DNA from: Anthoceros angustus
Lineage: Eukaryota; Plantae; Anthocerotophyta
Direction of reading: 5' to 3'
Length of the DNA stretch: 64,000 nucleotides
Assembly (NCBI GenBank): GCA_010909165.1
Contig: MU008157.1
Span: forward strand, 992,001 to 1,056,000
Every line of letters starts with the position of its first letter. The first letter of the stretch is position 1. Positions 60,384-64,000 of the stretch are shown piece by piece. The position numbers were made by a program, and so were the translations under genes. A model generated the notes under the pieces. The model had not been told where the DNA came from. It saw nothing but the letters and a program-made list of their open reading frames with translations, and searched no databases.

Positions 60384-60589
60384 GCAGCACTCACGATGTC
60401 GGCGTCCGTGGCCTGCAACTTGTCCTTGTGGATCACCTTCATCGCCTCGGCGGTCTCGCGGACGGCGTCGAGGTCGGCCTTCGGGGCGGCGGTCGAAGCC
60501 GTGCTGCCCCTCGGCGAAGAAGCCGGCTTCCGGCCCCGGCACCAAGTCGCCGTCGTCGAGCATCTCGCCGAGAAACGCACCGAGCAAAG

Positions 60590-62087
60590 TGAGCAACAAC
60601 AAGGGTTGCAGTGGAGGTGACCGAGGCGGCCTCGAGATCGGCCCGGCCCACCAACGAACCGGCAGGGAGGGATGGTCCAAAGAAGCCGGACAAGACGCCT
60701 CCCGAGCACCAATGGCGGGAGTATCGGGTGCTCCGGCACATGTGGAAGAGGCAATCCAAAGAATTGACTCGGATTTTGCCTACTACCACGCCGAGCTCCT
60801 TAAGGCATTGAAGCCCCTGCCGCATAAATAGACGGACTGGAAGGCTCAAGGGATGAAGGGCATGGGGACAAAGACGGGGACCCTAGTGGCCCCTGCTTGA
60901 ATGGGAGAAGAGGGTGAGGAGCAGACGCGCCAATACAACGAATCCTGTGGTAAGTCCACCGCAACCGCCGGAAGATAGAGGCGGCCCGAAGGGGGCGGAA
61001 GGAGGAGCCAACCCGACCCAAGACAAGGGTCGGTGGAAGGGATGAGGACCCAGCGCAGGTCCGCAGACAAGGGTCCGGAGCTTGGGGACCGACTGGTATT
61101 GTTCGACCGAGGTCCGAACCCTCAGATGAGACCGGACCCACAGACGGACTGGAATAAGGCAGACTCAAGTTCGACTGAGTCGAGACCGACCGAGGTCCGA
61201 CTCGTGAAGCAAGGAGGAGCCCCTCCGACTTACTGGGGAGCAACGGTGGCCCTACCGGAGGGGACCGGGGCTGGGGGACGACAGGTAACGGCGGCGCCGA
61301 CCGCCGAGCCCAACCCGATGTGATTCCGGAAGAGGAAGGTCTACCGCGGATCATCCGATTGGGTGCGCCAGAATCGCCGTGACGGGAGATTGACCACCAA
61401 TCCCGAGGCGGAACCTGGACCTTCCCCCACCGACGAAGGAGATAGGAGGGAGGAATAGGATGGTAGGCGGCCGACATGCATCGAAATGGCCACCACTCGT
61501 AATAGGGTGTAATAAAGACGCCGACTTGGGCGTAGTATAAGAGGGCCGAGGCTCAATAAATCATCTTCTTGGTGTTGATGCTCGCTTTCTGCGCACTTGT
61601 GAGTCTTCTTGCTAACGTGAGTCCCGAGTCACCGAAAGGTGCACGGCCCCCGGAGAGATCGATCGGTCCCGTGACGACCCTAACGGTGGTGGTGTGTGCA
61701 GGAAGAGCGACTGGGACCCTTGCTCGTCAGAGCGGCCCCGGAAGGACCGAACGAGTGAGCCGAGAGGACTCGAGGGCGGTAGAGCCGGACGGAGAGGCCC
61801 AGAACGACGGAGGAGGTCCGGATCAAGCCACCCGCTTTTCCCAAGAGACGACGAGTGTAGTAAGAGTAGTGAGAGGAACGGACTAGAGGAACGGGTGACG
61901 AACGAGGAACGATGGACGCTGGACGGGTCCTTAACGCTTGGCCACACCGGGCCCGTGCGTGAACGCTGGCGGTAGTTAGACGCAAACGATGAATGTGCGC
62001 GTTGAGTCGAACGGACGCAAAGTGAGGTGAGAATCGCTGAACGCTGCAAATGAGCCTATCATTCCCTTGGGAATGGACCTTACTACA
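60590..62087 (+). mobile_element. LTR-retrotransposon 3' end with putative LTR (~61458-62087)
   Basis: Polypurine run GGAGGGAGG (~61445), then TATAAGA and AATAAA signals. Ends ..GGACCTTACTACA directly against CACTA transposase sequence. Confidence 0.55.
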
Positions 62088-64000
62088 ACGACACGATTGT
62101 ATACACGTACCGGCTAAGTCGCGCCACAACGGCCGACACCCAGTACCTTCTCCCCCATACGTTCATCTGCAGTCCATGCTTCTCCCACGTGAGCATAATA
62201 ACGGCTGAGAAATGTCATGCCGAAATGCAAACTCTCTTCCCGCATGTACCCCGCTATATGGACTCGGGCCTCATGGCCCGCCTTTTCCTCGATCCTAAAT
62301 ATCTCTCCACCGGGTACATCCGCCTAGTCCGAACTGGGCCCAATGCGGCCACCTCGTCCACTAAGTGCAGTATGAGGTGGGTTGAGATATCAAACATCTT
62401 AGGGGGAAATTGCTTTTCCAGAGAGCACATTACCCTCACAGCCTCTTCGCGCTGCGCTTGGATGTCCCGACCCGGTATCGTCCGCTGGCAAATCCACCTG
62501 TATAGTCGTCCGAGCTTTACTACCGCCTTGTACACCTCTGGCTCTATGCACCCCCGGAGGACGATGGGAAATATGATTTCCAACATAATGTGCCAGTCAT
62601 GGCACTTGAGGCTGCCAACTTTACCGCTTTCCACTTTAGCTGCAATGTTGGACCCATAGCCTGTGGGCAGCTTGATGCGTTTAATGCCCTCAATCACGGT
62701 CTTCATGTCTGATTTGGACAAAACGTACGGCGCCTCCGGGTATTGGCCGTCGTCTCCTACAGGCCACAACCATCTTTTCCCTCCGCTTGCTTCCATGTCC
62801 ATGCGTGATGCGATGTCATCTCGCTCTCCTATCAAGGTGTGCCATATGGCCTCTGCGTTGTTTTTTTCCACATGCATCACATCCTTTGGCGCCAACACAA
62901 GCATGTGATGCCAATATGGCACTGCGAGCAGGGGACGATGCTGGTTCCAAAGTTCCTCGTTGACTCGGCGGTCGCGCTTCTCTCCGTGCCATATCCGCCA
63001 CAACATCATCGAACGTTGGCGGCCTCGGTTTGGGTCGGAGTTCCGTCCATTGTACCACTCCGCGTCTTGCCACCGGCGGCTATCATCGGTGCAGCCATCG
63101 CCGCGATCCTGCATAAACCTATTTTTTCAAATCCGCAGAATAGCGAGAATCTAGGTCTAGCCAACAATCGACACACGCACGTGTCCCTCTCACTTGCAAA
63201 CCTGTGAGGGTGCCCAAGCCTGGGTAATCGGCAATGACGTGCAAAATCGCTGCTCGCAATTGCCTCTTCGGATGGTTTACCGGCAGTGAGAAATCTTCCA
63301 TGTCCACCCCCCTCCATAACTCTTCAAGTTCATCTACAAGGGGTGCCATATACACAATTAACCAGCCCGGGTCCTGGCACAATTGGAGGCATGATGACAT
63401 GGCCGTCCTTTGTGCTGGACCAGGGTGGCATGTTGTGTACAAATAACAGAACCGGCCATATGGATGTGTTTGCGACACAGCCAAATGGGTTGAACGTCAT
63501 GGCTAATGCAACCTCAAGTTCCGCTCATCATCGAAACCATCAAGCGCATCTAGTGCTCTCCAAGTGTATCATGGACATGTCGCCATTCTCGCTTTGCCTC
63601 CCGACATACCAAGTCATCAAGCATGCTATTTCCATTGAACATGCGTCTGATGCGTTTTCAAGGAAAATGCCTTCGTGGAATTCGTCCCTTTCATCCTTCC
63701 ACGAACCGCGGCGTCCACACTTGGGCATTGGTTGCGGTCCGTACTAGCCCCACAGGCAGAGCGCGTCTTTCTCACAAGCATGGATTTTCTCATATCGGGG
63801 CCAAGAGGTGCACATGACTTGGCCTCGTACATGTCCTTGAGCTTGTTGGGCGGCAAGAAATCCACACTTAAGAGCTTTAAGAGGGCTGTTAATCACGATG
63901 TCATACATGGTTTGCCACGAGAGCAACAATAGTGTGGCGCTTAGCTTTTCTCTTTAGTCCTTCACGAAAGTGGTATAAAGGCGTCTACGACAGACAAGGT
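62088..64000 (-). mobile_element. CACTA TnpD/Tnp2 transposase (Transposase_21 + DUF4218), frameshifted, runs off window
   Basis: YMAPLVDELEELW.GV, IADYPGLGTLTG, DVMHVEKNNAE, LKCHDWHIMLE and FDISTHLILHLVDEVAALGPV...MYPVERYL. Possible continuation at ~59380-60184. Confidence 0.92.

Noticed and set aside
60069-60680. Single 203-aa ORF
   Set aside because: It is chimeric: it reads through the N and joins retroelement, bacterial-like and CACTA-side sequence.

Overview
Eukaryotic, land-plant-like, repeat-rich genomic DNA. A non-seed plant such as a bryophyte or lycophyte is plausible, but that is inference. Many 1-bp homopolymer indels differ between duplicated copies, which suggests an incompletely polished long-read assembly, so some frameshifts may be artefacts. 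The first ~50 kb is a large direct duplication (block A ~2.1-26.3 kb, block B ~30.7-49.9 kb). Each block carries two paralogous intronless genes for a secreted ~101-aa, 9-Cys protein (4 copies in all). It also carries a decayed tRNA-Gly(GCC), a receptor-like-kinase remnant, an F-box-like gene with a (Pro-Arg)n microsatellite, possible LRR remnants, a hairpin-unit minisatellite, and LINE, copia and gypsy-like fragments. A Mutator-like (MULE/SWIM) transposase pseudogene opens the window and recurs, rearranged, at 29-32 kb. From 49886 onward the window is dominated by CACTA (En/Spm) elements with nested LINE/LTR pieces. A ~400-bp high-GC bacterial-looking fragment abuts an N at 60185. The most interesting element is the amplified Cys-rich secreted protein family: it looks conserved at the protein level, and its motif pattern resembles fungal KP4/Ecp2-fold toxins or effectors more than typical plant Cys-rich peptides.
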